64,000 nt of DNA from Lingula anatina (Eukaryota > Animalia > Brachiopoda): positions 11,346,001 through 11,410,000 of the forward strand of contig CM120640.1 of the NCBI GenBank assembly GCA_051362555.1, given 5' to 3'. Positions 39,445 through 51,492 of the stretch are shown here, in pieces. The notes beneath the pieces are model-generated. The model was not told the DNA's origin and searched no databases. It worked only from the letters and a program-made list of their open reading frames with translations. The position numbers and the translations under genes were made by a program. How positions within the stretch are numbered: the stretch's first letter is position 1; each line of letters begins with the position of its first letter.

Positions 39445-41080
39445 CAGTGATTGCGAAAGCCGTCGGACCACGGCCATATGCCGGCAAAAGTTCTGTGGGC
39501 TGGAAAACCCTTTTAACTCATCGGCCCACATGTCCGACGGACTAAAGTCAGTTTCTTTAACAGACACCTCGCCTCATATTTGAATTTATCGTAAAGCTCT
39601 AAGTACGCACTATTCGCAAGTAAAACTTTAACTTGCGCCATACTGGCGCGTTTTGTAATAAAGGTCTACGTACATTATGATGTCGCTTGAAGTGTGCGTA
39701 GCGATGGTGTGAGGGCTGACATGTGACCCGTTTCACAAAAAAATGTATCGAAACTGAAACAACTACAGGTCAATGAAAAACATACTGCTCAAGACTCTGA
39801 AAACAGGCCGCTCAAACTGCTTACGACTGGCCACGCGCGGACCTCTGAGAACACCTAACTAAACGTGCTGGGTAAACAAGTATGGCTTCCGTCGGACTGC
39901 ATGTTGAGTAAACGATTAAGTGAAATATTCATTTGCTTTTAGATGGGTGCTCTTAACTAATTTTAACGGATATTTTAAGTCATATTGCGCCTTTAGCGGT
40001 CCTATATGTCAAAATGAGGGACAACATCATTTTCCATGCGGAAAATCCGCAATGGCACAGTCAGGGTGCAAAACTGTCCATTACAGTATATTCATCTAAA
40101 CTTTAGAATTAGATATTGAATAAAAATTCTTTTCAGACTCTGGCCCGTAGCCAGGGATGGTTCAGGGGTTTCGAAAGAACCGCCTCTTATGCTGACAAAA
40201 GGTCCACTCTTGGTAAAATTTGATCTAGGTACATGGCGTTTTTATGGAAGACCCCCCCCCCTTTTAAAATTGCTGGCTACGGGCCTGCTATGAGAGCAAT
40301 AGCTTTATTTTACAATAAAAATGGGATTTGTCTACCTTTTCCATGTAGTGCAATTATTTGGCATAGTGCAATTATCAATTCTGAAGATTTTTCCATTAAG
40401 TACTGTATAATTTTTCAGACAGTATGTTTATTTTGGAAGATTTTTCCACACACTACAATTATTTAGGACTTCAGAGTAGTAGCATTAAGCCTTTTTTCAT
40501 TGATTTTAATCATATAAAAAATATTGAAATACAATGAATTTTCTTTAAATAATTCACGGCACACATTTTTAAAAAATGGCACACTTTTTTTGACCAAGTG
40601 GGCCAAAATGGACCGACCAGATTTTGACCCAGGACAATCCCTGCTAACAGACAAGCATTTTTCCAAGAGTGAAAATCTAAAAAACGTTACAAAAGTTGGA
40701 AGCTCCACTTCACTATGACTTATGTTTTAATTTAAGTCAAAAATTGGAATAAAATTTACAAAGGATACATGATCTTGTGTTAAAAGATTAGAAATTAAGA
40801 CAGGCAACCCAGATGTAAAAAGGATAAAACTTAAATGCCAGAAAGCAACCAAAATGAAAGACGTTTAAACTTAAACCTTTAAACATCCTATTACATCTGG
40901 CCTGAAAATTAAAAAGCAACGATTTAAAATGCTAGACAATAATATTCATCAAAAATGAAGTGAAAATATAAAGCTTGATTATTTTGTTGTGGGCCGGTAA
41001 AAAAAAGGTGTGGGCTGACAAAATTTAATTTGCTCCAGCCCACATGTCTGGTAAGTTTTCAATGTCTTTCGCAATCACTG
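39445..41080. mobile_element. 1.6-kb non-autonomous hAT-like transposon
   Basis: Perfect 15-bp TIRs cagtgattgcgaaag / ctttcgcaatcactg; 6-bp duplication tgctta; splits a 337-bp unit; subterminal gtgggc/gcccac motifs at both ends; contains a MITE at 40141-40288. Confidence 0.85.
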
Positions 41081-43169
41081 TGCTTAACAGTAAAATGACC
41101 ATCAATTTTTAATAATAGAATATTAGTAACATGGACATTCAGAAAACGTGACAAGCAAAGGTCTTCAGGATCTTGGAACTTCAAAGTCACACCTTGAAAA
41201 TGCCAATAAGTGAAAAATTAAATTTTCACAAAAAACTGTTTAACTGCCAGAAAAAATTAACAAACAGACTGCATTGCCTACTGAAGCTGTATTTTAGACC
41301 CATGTTTCTTTCCTGTAAGTTTGAGAACAGTAATTGACATGATTTTTGTTAAATGGTCATCATGAGAGCAGTGCCCAAAATAGGGTTTTTTTCAAATTTT
41401 GATGCAATATTACATAATGTTTAACAGCATAATGACCATCAATTTTTAATAATGGGATATTAGTCACATGAACATTCAGAAAACGTGACTAGCAAAGGTC
41501 TGCAGGCTCATGGAACTTCAAAGTCACACCTTGAAAATACCAATATGTGAAAAATTAAATTTTCACAAAAAACTGTTTAACTGCCAGAAAAAATTACCAA
41601 ACAGACTGCATTGCCTACTGAAGCTGTATTTTAGACCCATGTTTCTTTCCTGTAAGTTTGAAAACAGTAAGTGACATGGTTTTTCTTAAATGGTCATCAT
41701 GGGAGCAGTGCCCAAAATAGGGGTTTCTTCAAATTTTGATGCAATATTACATAATGTTTAACAGCATAATGACCATCAATTTTTAATAATAGAATATTAG
41801 TAACATGGACATTCAGAAAACGTGACTAGCAAAGGACTGCAGGCTCATGGAACCTCAAAGTCACACCTTGAAAATGCCAATATGTGAAAAATTAAATTTT
41901 CACAAAAAACTGTTTAACTGCCAGAAAAAACTACCAAACAGACTGCATTGCCTACTGAAGCTGTATTTTAGCCCTATGTTTCTTTCCTGTAAGTTTGAAA
42001 ACAGTAAAAGACATGGTTTTTCTTAAATGGTCATCATGGGAGCAGTGCCCAAAATAGGGGTTTCTTCAAATTTTGATGCAATATTACATAATGTTTAAGA
42101 GCATAAAGACCATCAATTTTTAATAATAAAATATTAGTATCATGGATATTCAGAAAATGTGACTAGCAAAGGTCTGCAGGCTCATGGAACTTCAAAGTCA
42201 CATCTTGAAAATGCCAAAATGTAAACAAGACACACTGTTCTGAAATGGGTTTATTTCCATTTTTAACATTTTTTTAACATAAAACAAAATAAACAGTTTG
42301 TTGCCATTTTTATATGACCAACTGAGAAAATTGATGAGATGGGAAAAATATCAATAGAATAGTGTTAAATGTCCAATTTCCTCCATTATGAGATTCTGAA
42401 CATAGTGGATGATTGAATCTGACAAACTGCAATGATATGAGTTTATTTCCATTTTTGACACTATATTACACAATACACGATAACAAGTTTACCATCATTT
42501 TTACATAATCAATTAACAATGTTGTAAAGATGCAGGAAATATCAAACAAACACTTTTACGTATCTTATTAGTTAAATAATGAGACTGTTAACATGCCTAA
42601 CAATTGAATCTGAGGAAATGTAAAAAAACAGCATAACTTCTAAAATAAAGACCCGATTATGCTGATTTTCGAACTCAACCTGCAATTTAGTAAGTTTGAC
42701 TACTCCTGTGAGTATAATGACAATGGGCTATCTGTTTTTCTTATATTGTGTTATCAGTGTTGCATATATGTTGAAAAAAGTGAAAAAAACAGCATAACTT
42801 CCCTAAAAATGGCCTGATCATGCTGATTTTCGAACTTGACCTGCGGATTATAAATATTCATCAGTTTTGTAAGTTTCAACCCAAAAAGTAAAATGGTTTT
42901 CCACTTATCGTGTTATCGGTGCTGCATATATGCTGAAAAACGTGAAAAAACAGCATAACTTCCCTAAAAATGGCCCGATCATGCTGATTTTCGAACTTGA
43001 CCTGCGTATTATGAATATTCATGAGTTCTGTAATTTTGAATACAAAATGTAAAACGGTATTCCATTTATCGTGTTATCGCTGAGTGCACGGCGACGACGA
43101 CGGCGACGACGACAGACGCAGATGATGGCTATATGTACAGACACATCTGTGTCTGTACATAAAAATGGT

Positions 43170-43805
43170 ACAATCAAAGTTAAGTTCATCGTAAGGTAGG
43201 TCAAAGGTCAATTCCAAGATCACAGTAAATTGCCAGTATATGACTTCCTATTCAACTTCAATAGTAACTATGGGCCTATCTCTGCCAGTTTTGGAGATAA
43301 AAGGGAAGCAAAATTTGCAAAGTTCAGTTCATGGTGAAAAGTAGGTCAAAGGTCAATTTTAAGGTCACATGTAGATTGCCAGTATATGACTTCCTATTCA
43401 AGTTCAATAAAGACTATGGACCTATCTCTGCCAGTTTTGGAGATAAAAGGGAAGCAAAGTTTGCAAAGTTCAGTTCATGGTGAAAAGTAGGTCAAAGGTC
43501 AATTTTAAGGTCACATTTAGATTGCCAGTATATGACTTCCTATTCAAGTTCAATAGAAACTATGGACCTATCTCTGCCAGTTTTGGAGATAAAAAGGAAG
43601 CAAAATTTGCAAAGTTCAGTTCATGGTGAAAAGTAGGTCAAAGGTCAATTTTAAGGTCACATTTAGATTGCCAGTGTATGACTTCCTATTCAAGTTCAAT
43701 AGTAACTATGGAAATATCTCTGCCAGTTTTGGAGATATAAGGGACTAAATGTTATAATTTTGGAGTTACCATAATGTGCCATAAATTTCCTACAAAAAAA
43801 ACTAA
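43170..43805. repeat. Tandem array of 146-bp units (4 copies) containing AGGTCAAAGGTCA
   Basis: Motif starts at 43198, 43343, 43489 and 43635; followed by the same terminal block as 37376-37436. Confidence 0.92.
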
Positions 43806-43816
43806 TTAAAATAAAG

Positions 43817-45675
43817 ACAAGGCAGCAAAGCTGTCAAATGTACAGACAAAGAACAGAAAATAAAGATGCAAATAGGTGAAAAATTAAATTTTTACAAAAA
43901 ACTGTTAAATTGCCAGAAAAATTTACCAAACAGACTGTGTTGCCTATTGAAGCTGTATGTTAGACCCATGTTTCTTTCCTGTAAGTTTGAGAACAGTAAG
44001 TGACATGATTTCCCTTAAATGGTCATCATAGGAGCAGTGCCCAAAATAGGGGTTTCTTCAAATTTTGATGCAACATTACATAATGTTTAACAGCATAATG
44101 ACAATCAAATGTTATTAATAAAATATTAGTAACATGGACATTCAGAAAATGTGACAAGCAAAAGTCTTCAAGATCATGGAACTTTAAAGTCACACCTTGA
44201 AAATGCCAATATGTGAAAAATTAAATTTTCACAAAAAACTGTTTAACTGCAAAAAAAAAAAAAAAAAAAAAAAAAAAACCCAAACAGACTGCATTGCCTA
44301 CTGAAGCTGTATTTTAGTCCCATGTTTCTATCCTGTAAGTTTGAAAACAGTAAGTGACATGATTTTCCTTAAATGGTCATCATGGAAGCAGTGCCCAAAA
44401 TGGGGGTTTCTTCAAATTTTGATGCAATATTACATAATGTTTAACAGCTTAATGACCATCAATTTTTAATTATAAAATATTTATATCACAGATATTCAGA
44501 AAATGTGACTAGCAAAGGTCTTCAGGCCCATGGAACTTCAAAGTCACGCCTTGATAATGCCAAAATGTAAACAAGACAGCACTGTTCTGAAATGGGTTTA
44601 TTTCCATTTTTAACACTTTTTTAACATAAAACAAAATAAACATTTCACTGCCATTTTTATATGTCCAACTAAGAAAATTGATGAGATGGGAAAAGTATCA
44701 ATAGAACAGTGTTAAATGTCCAATTTCCTCCATTCTGAGATTCTGAACATAGTGGATGATTGAATCTGACAAACTGCAATGATATGAGTTTATTTCCATT
44801 TTTGACACTTTATTACACAATACATGATAACAAGTTTACCATGTTTTTTACATAATCAACTAACAATGTTGTAAAGATGCAGGAAATATCAAACAAACAC
44901 TTTTAGGCATCTTATTAGTTAAATAATGAGACTGTTAACATGCCTAATAATTGAATCTGAGGAAATGTGAAAAAACAGTATAACTTCTTAAGTAATGGCC
45001 CGATTATGCTTATTTTCGAACTCAACCTGCGTTTTAGTAAGATTGACCACTCCTGTGAGTATAATTACAATTGGCCAATCCGTTTTTCTTATATTGTGTT
45101 ATCAGTGTTGCATTTATATTGAAAATAGTGAAAAAACAGCATAAATTCCCTCAAAATAGCCCAATCATGCTGATTTTTGAACTTGACCTGCGTATTATGA
45201 ATATTCATCAGTTCTGTAAGTTTCAAGTCAAAAGGTAAAATGGTTTTCCACTTATCCTGTTATCGGTGCTGCATATATGCTGAAAAAAGTGAAAAAACAG
45301 CATAAATTACCTAAAAGTGACCCGATCATGCCGATTTTCGAACTTGACCTGCGTATAATGAATGTTCATCAGTTCTGTAAGTTTCAAGTCAAAAGGTAAA
45401 ATGGTTTTCCACTTATCGTGTTATCGGTGCTGCATATATGCTGAAAAAAGTGAAAAAACTGCATAAATTCCCTAAAAGTGACCCGATCATGCTGATTTTC
45501 GAACTTGACCTGCGTATTATGAATATTCATCAGTTCTGTAAGTTTCAAGTCAAAAGGTAAAATGGTTTTCCACTTATCGTGTTATCGGTAAAAGTGCACG
45601 GCGACGGCGACGACGGCGACGACAGACGCAGATGATGGCTATATGTACATTTCACCACCAATATGTACATAAAAA
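43817..45675 (-). mobile_element. Second full-length composite HINE/Helentron-like element
   Basis: Same 3' end (acaaggcagcaaagctgtcaaatgtacagaca), about 2 copies of the 337-bp unit, the unique block, 4 copies of the 161-bp unit (about 44970, 45131, 45292, 45453), microsatellite and an altered 5' hairpin (atgtacat...atgtacataaaaa). Confidence 0.8.
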
Positions 45676-46568
45676 GGTCATTTTGGTCAAAATTCTTGAA
45701 ATGGGAGGTGCTCTGAAGTTCCAGATGTTCAAATTTGATGAAATAATGTCATTTTTGACCTTTTCGAAGCCTTATGTTTTATTTTTCCGGAGTTCAAAAT
45801 TTATTATCCATTACCGTACTGCACATTTTGCTTTCACCACCAATATGTACTTTTTGATACAGCGTAACTCGGAAACCGTATGGAATACAAAAAAACGGAG
45901 ACCACCTCCAGTGTTGGGCTTTACATGCTCTACAAAATGCAAAAAAGAATGGGTGTCTAGCATTAACTGTTCCCGAATTAGAGACAGTTTTCAGTTTCGA
46001 TATCTTATGGCCGCTACTCCCGTGAAAATGCACCGATTGACCCCAAATTCACGGAGATGAAAGATGACCTGAAGGGTAACACTTTCCATTAATATTATTA
46101 GTTAAGTCTGTGTGGTGTCTGAATAAGACCGCAAATAATTTTTTTTCGGCAAAAATTTTGTTTTTTTGAAAATTTTGGCCCGTTTGACCTTAAAATAAAG
46201 GTCAAAGGTCAAATCCAAGGGCATATTTGAAATCTACACATATGACTTTTGGAAAGCTGTCTGTAGAAATTTTTCCCATAATTCCTTCTGTAGGGGAGAT
46301 AATTAGCATTTAATTTTGCCATTTTTGGACAAGGGTGCATTGCAATGAGTGCCACACCTAGACCCCAATACCGACAAAGCCCAAATTTTACGTGGAACGA
46401 GTTGAGATTATAGGTGACCTTAATCCAAGAGATGGGTATGGAGGCCCTTACCGTCTAGGAGGAGAAGCGGTAACGGTGACTTGGCGGCGGAGCCGCAGGA
46501 GCCGGCAGAACATACGGGTCGGGACTAAAACCATGTGTACCGCCAGCGCCTACGCTGGTGGTACAATG
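45676..46568 (-). mobile_element. 5' part of a different HINE-like family
   Basis: Hairpin tgtaccgccagcg-cct-acgctggtggtaca at about 46536-46566 next to a GC-rich microsatellite-like tract. The matching subTIR + palindrome + CTAG end is at 37437-37487. Confidence 0.6.
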
Positions 46569-46662
46569 ATTGGTTCATTTCCCCCAGCTTCCAGTTTTTA
46601 AGCCAATCAATGCTTCGCTCATATTTTACACTGCATGTGTCAAATTAATGCAACATGGCGGG
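46568..46662 (+). promoter_or_regulatory. Putative promoter: two CCAAT boxes and a YY1-like AACATGGCG motif
   Basis: gattgg near 46568, agccaatc 46601-46608, and caacATGGCG at 46651-46660 overlapping the ATG of a 131-codon ORF. Motif-level evidence only. Confidence 0.4.
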
Positions 46663-47987
46663 AGACACATACTGGAGTAGCTGTCTCTACTTAAGCAGGA
46701 AATTGACCACTGTTGTGTGGCTCAGTATTATAGTGAAGGAAGGACCAAAGATATTATGCAAAAAGGTCTGTCCGGCCAGTGTTACAGACGTTTTAGGCCA
46801 TTTTATTGACTGCTTTCTGTCAGAAATGAAAATATCAACTGCAACACTTGTCACGTGTGGAAGGTTTCAGGGAGCAAAAATAGGTTCTGAACTGAATGTA
46901 AGAACGCCGGTCACTACGGTGGTAGACATTGACATTAAATGCATTCAGATAACAGTTGGCAGTGAACACCAAAAGAGGCAGGCTCAACTAAAGTCTCCAA
47001 GAACATCCAAATACAGAGCGCATTGGATTTTTAATGCAGCACTCGCATAGGCCTACTTCTGAAAGTCTCCAGAAATGATGTGAGTATTTTTTTTCGTTTT
47101 ATCAGTCTAGAGTGTCATAGTTTTTTAAGGTGAATATATTTTAGGCATTGATATGTTGGTAAATAAATGTCCTTTTTTGCACTTTCACAAAAACATATGT
47201 TAAATGCTAATTGCTTGCTCACAACAGCAGATGTTTCTATACTGAAGCAACGTGTCTTTGACATTTTTTAAAATTAAATTAAGGCAGGTAATAGCTGTAA
47301 ACTATCATGTGCTTTGGATAATGAGCCTGTCAACATGAATTCATAGTTCAATTAAGTTTTCCGCCAAGTTTTTAAGTATATAGATATTAAGTTTAACCAG
47401 GCCAGTAGCCAGCAATTTCAAAAGAGGGTTCTTTTTCTGAAAAAGTGAACCATTGACCATAAAACCTTCATGCACCTAGATCAATTTTGATCCAGAGCAG
47501 ACTTTTTCCTGATAAAAAGGGTGGATCATTCAATAATATTAAATAAGTTGTTGCTGCCATTTAGATTTAATAAAAATTAAGACCATAACAGGCCATATTA
47601 CCCTTGCTGGTTTTTGTATTTTCAGCAATCTTGCTAAGCAATTGTTTGCTGTCTTTTGAATTATACAATTCCCATGCAGCTAAGAGAAGGCACACATCCA
47701 ACTCAGTAAATTTATCTGAAACATATTTTTTTTCAGTGAATCCCTAAGTAAAGCAAGGCAGACAATGTATATTCCATCTCGCAAGTAGTGGAAAACTTCA
47801 ATCTTTGTCTTCGGGCTGGACAGGCCAAAAATCTTGGAAAACACATAGCAGAGACACTGACAGAGGAGCTATGGTATAGAAGCCCATATGCAGAGAGAGA
47901 CTGGCTAGCTTAGTGCAGCTGCCATAGTGACCATTTTTGGAAGGCCATTTAACAAGATGATTCTCAAACTTATTGAAAGATTCAAAG
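46655..47987 (+). pseudogene. Decayed spliced ORF, possibly the N-terminus of a transposase-like protein
   Basis: Exon-like blocks 46655-47079 (donor GTGAGT at 47080) and 47737-47987 (tttttcag acceptor), with frameshifts and stops. Peptides QSALDF/LMQ and IPK*SKADNVYSISQVVENFNLCLRAGQAKNLGKHIAETLTEELWYRSPYAER. Confidence 0.45.
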
Positions 47988-48753
47988 GTCTGAAATATAG
48001 CCTGATTGGATTCTTTTTATGGAAGTAATGCTGTTTTTGTGAAATGGTCATTTTTCATATACATGTATTGGTGTTTTCAGTGTGGGACTTGGAACTCACA
48101 TGGGCATGAAGCCATATTGTTTCTGGATAGCCATGTTACATGAAGTAGATAATTTAAATTTGATGATTTTCCACTTAATCATTAAATCATACATAATATT
48201 GCATCAAGATTGACAAAAACTGTTTTGTGCACTGCCATCATGAATGCATAGAAAGGCAAACTTTTTTTTTTTGTTTTGTAATTTACAAGAATGATTCGTT
48301 GAATTGACATTCATTTAGACAAATAAAACATTGAAAAATAATTGCTGTTTTTATCCAAAAATTGCTATACTGTGTTAAAACCAGTATTTACCATTGTCTA
48401 ATGTAGATTTGAAAATGAGTGACCAAAAGTCATTATTTTGAAAAATATTTTTTATTTTTTTCCCCCCTCCGACCTCTGACAAAAATAAAAATCGTTCGAG
48501 AAACAGGTAATAAAAAAAAAACTGCCTTATATTAAGGATTCTTTTGAATACCATATGATAAAAGAAATCATTAAAATTAATTAATATATATATTAAACAT
48601 TTAACAAATGTCAAATATATTGTAAATATTTTCGAGAGTTTTGTGCCAATCTATAAGTGACAAGTTTGAAAATTGGTGACAGAATTCAAACAGCAGTAGT
48701 ATGCTAATGTGACCCAAGTCATCAAACCAAATAGAATAGAAACTGAAAGCACA

Positions 48754-49607
48754 GATTCTAGGACAATTCCCCCCCGGACTATTCCCCCCGGACAATTCCC
48801 CCCCAAGAAATATATATTTATATACAAATATTAAGTAGAAAGTGTAAAGTTAAAAACATTTCTTCCTTTTTATTGATATTTTTAGTGTGAAAATACAACT
48901 TCATCATGAAACAAATTATTTTATAACAAATTCCTTTTTCATTGAGTACAAGTACAGAAAGATTTATTAAATATCTAATCAAAGTATAACCACCTATTCT
49001 TCAGGTAAAGGTGGGATAAACAGATGAACAGGTTAACAGATATTTTATGAATATTTTTAGTGTGGTGGGTGGTGGGTAGTTGTCAAGCAAGTAAAAGTGA
49101 CAAATAGTCAAAGGGATACCTGGATAAGCGAGAAAATCTGTTTACCCCGCATCTATCTAGAGGTGACCTTGATTCAAGACTTACTCAATGGGGGGGGGGG
49201 GGGGGGGGGGGGGGGGGAAGGTAATAAAGCAATTAAAAGTAACAGTTAATTCATCAAAGGGCTACCTGAATGAATGAGAACATCTGTTTACTCTCCTTTA
49301 CCTGGAGTTAAACTTTGATCAGATTTTTATTGAAATGTTCCGTACTTCTATCTTGAAAATTTTATGTACTTGTACTCCATGAAAGTAATTTGTTTAATGA
49401 AATTAATATTATTCATCCTCCAGTTGCATCATCACACTAAGAAATATTCAGAAAATGGATGAAAAGATTTGAACTTTGTACTCTTTACTTTATATTTGTA
49501 TATAAATTAATATATTATTCGGGGGGGGGGGGGGGGGGGGGGGATCGTCCTGGGGGGGGGGGGGAATTGTCCAGGGGGAATAGTCAGGGGGGGATTGTCC
49601 TGATACC
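48754..49607. mobile_element. Mutator-like (MULE) foldback element
   Basis: About 200-bp imperfect TIRs starting with ggacaattcccccc repeats / ggggggaattgtcc; 9-bp duplication gaaagcaca / gaaagcacc with one mismatch; central G run at 49191-49217. Confidence 0.8.
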
Positions 49608-50503
49608 GAAAGCACCGTACACAAATGAACATTCCATTGGATGCATTCTGCATTATAACACAAATATATTAACAATATATATATTCATTCAAATTACCTA
49701 GTAATTTCACATTTGCCCCTATGATTCTTCTCAATCTTATTTTTACAATACTCGGTTAATAACTTAAAGCATGTGCCAACAAAATATTGCTGAGTCAGCG
49801 TGTTTAGTTCTTAATCTGTGGAGTGACATACTTTCTAAATGGGGAATTCCCTTAGCATCAAAATTCAATCCTGTAGAACCAAATCAGTGCACTTGAGCAT
49901 TGGTAGTAAAAAAAAAAAGTACATTCTCACTTCACTTAACTAAGATCCAAGGTCGTATTCTGAATGGATATCTTCTCATTTAAAATGATGGCAATAAATA
50001 AGAAAAACAAAATACCCCTACCCCTGCATGTGCAACTTTTGTTATAACAAGGCTTTCTAAGGTACTCTCTACAGGGACATGCAAATAAAAAAAAATTACT
50101 TTGGAGAAAAAAAAATTCTCCTTGTCACAAATCATTGTGAGACCCATCCCTGCACTATTGGATTAGATGTTTTATTCCATCTTAAATGTTACATGATTCC
50201 AAATGACCTGTCATTCACTTAGAACACCATGGTTTCCTGTAAATTTCAGTGGGAATTATTCATGTCATGTACTTATGTGAAGAGTTTATAGCTTATTAGG
50301 TCTAAACAGGGAATAATTAGTAGCTTTGAAGGATATGTACACATAGCTAGGATATATGACTAAATAGTAAAATTTCAAACAAATGCGTTTAGTAATCCTT
50401 TAACTTAAAAAAATAATTTAGCATATTTTTCTTTTAGATAACGAGTCCTGGATGAAAAATGGGAAATGGGGAGAAAGAGAGACAACAAGTAATGGCAACT
50501 GAC

Positions 50504-51492
50504 TTCCCGGGGGGGGGGGGGGGGGGGGGGGGGTATCTCTTGATGGCGCAACGGGCACGCACTTACTGTTACACGTGTCTGGGTGTTTTTAGAAATGGCA
50601 AACCGACAAATTTTAAACTTCAGAGAAGTCTTTAAACTAAACCAGCCGAGCTAAATGAGCATCGCCGAAAAGATTTTAGCACCATTAAAGATATGGAATA
50701 TGAAGTCCCTCAACTTTAAGTTAAACACTGAAATCATATAAAAGCCAAAGAAGAGGAATAAAATAGCAACTGCGAGAGATAGGAAACGCACTCATTAGGC
50801 TTGGAAAATGAAGTACCCACACATGACACGTAAAGGACTCCGATTTACCTCTTGAAAAAACCCAATACTTTCGAAACCAACTGTTGTCTTGTTTAATGTA
50901 ACTCTGACATGTTTAACAATAAACGAAATACATGAAAACATAAATCCCGTTTACCTGGAGAGTCCTAGAGCTTTCTTTCCTTGCAACCTCGTCTTGTCAA
51001 GCACTTTGAACATCAGCCCCTCTCTTCGAATCATGGACGAGTCCAACAAGATATGGTTGATTCAAGCTCCATTATTTTGACAGTTTTCTTTTTGAGTATT
51101 TAGTTGGTCAATCAGTTTGATTTAATCTATTGTCTACTTTCTTTCCAGGATTCTTTTTTTAAATGTAAATGCTTAATTTATTTATGAAAACACGTCCGTA
51201 CATTTGATGAAAAAGAATGTTACTACCTCTGTCCAAAGTGATCCCGTCCATCTTTGAATATTGTTGACACTGACAGCTCATGAAGCCCTGATGAAGGGTG
51301 TTGCATATCACGACTAACAACTTGTTTAAAGTGGAGGCGTAAAACAATAATTTACAGATCAACAAGAACACTCTAACTGGATCATTTTCGGTAAGGATGC
51401 AAGGTATCTAGATTTACTACAGTGCAGCCAGCAAAACCTTTGCAAAACTTTTGAATCGTCTTGGCGGGTACGTGCACGTGGCGCATAAATAC
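50504..51492. mobile_element. About 1-kb non-autonomous element with imperfect TIRs
   Basis: Left ccc(g)n-gtatctcttgatggcgcaacgggcacgcac (to 50562) versus right gtacgtgcacgtggcgcataaatac (51468-51492). CpG-richer than the flanks; the right poly-C end is missing. Confidence 0.5.

Larger units (their letters stand above)
37617..43165 (-). mobile_element. Large composite HINE/Helentron-like element with internal 337-bp and 161-bp tandem arrays and nested insertions
   Basis: 3' end on - strand: subTIR tgtctgtacat + hairpin gacagctttgctgcc + ttgtt at 37617-37650. 5' end: T run + hairpin atgtacagacac/gtgtctgtacat + microsatellite at 43090-43165. 337-bp units start at 41086, 41423, 41760, 42097; 161-bp units at about 42623, 42783, 42944. 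Confidence 0.7.

Noticed and set aside
36960-45600. Regularly spaced repeats as a CRISPR-like array
   Set aside because: Whole units of 146, 161 and 337 bp repeat with no unique spacers, there are no cas genes, and the context is eukaryotic.
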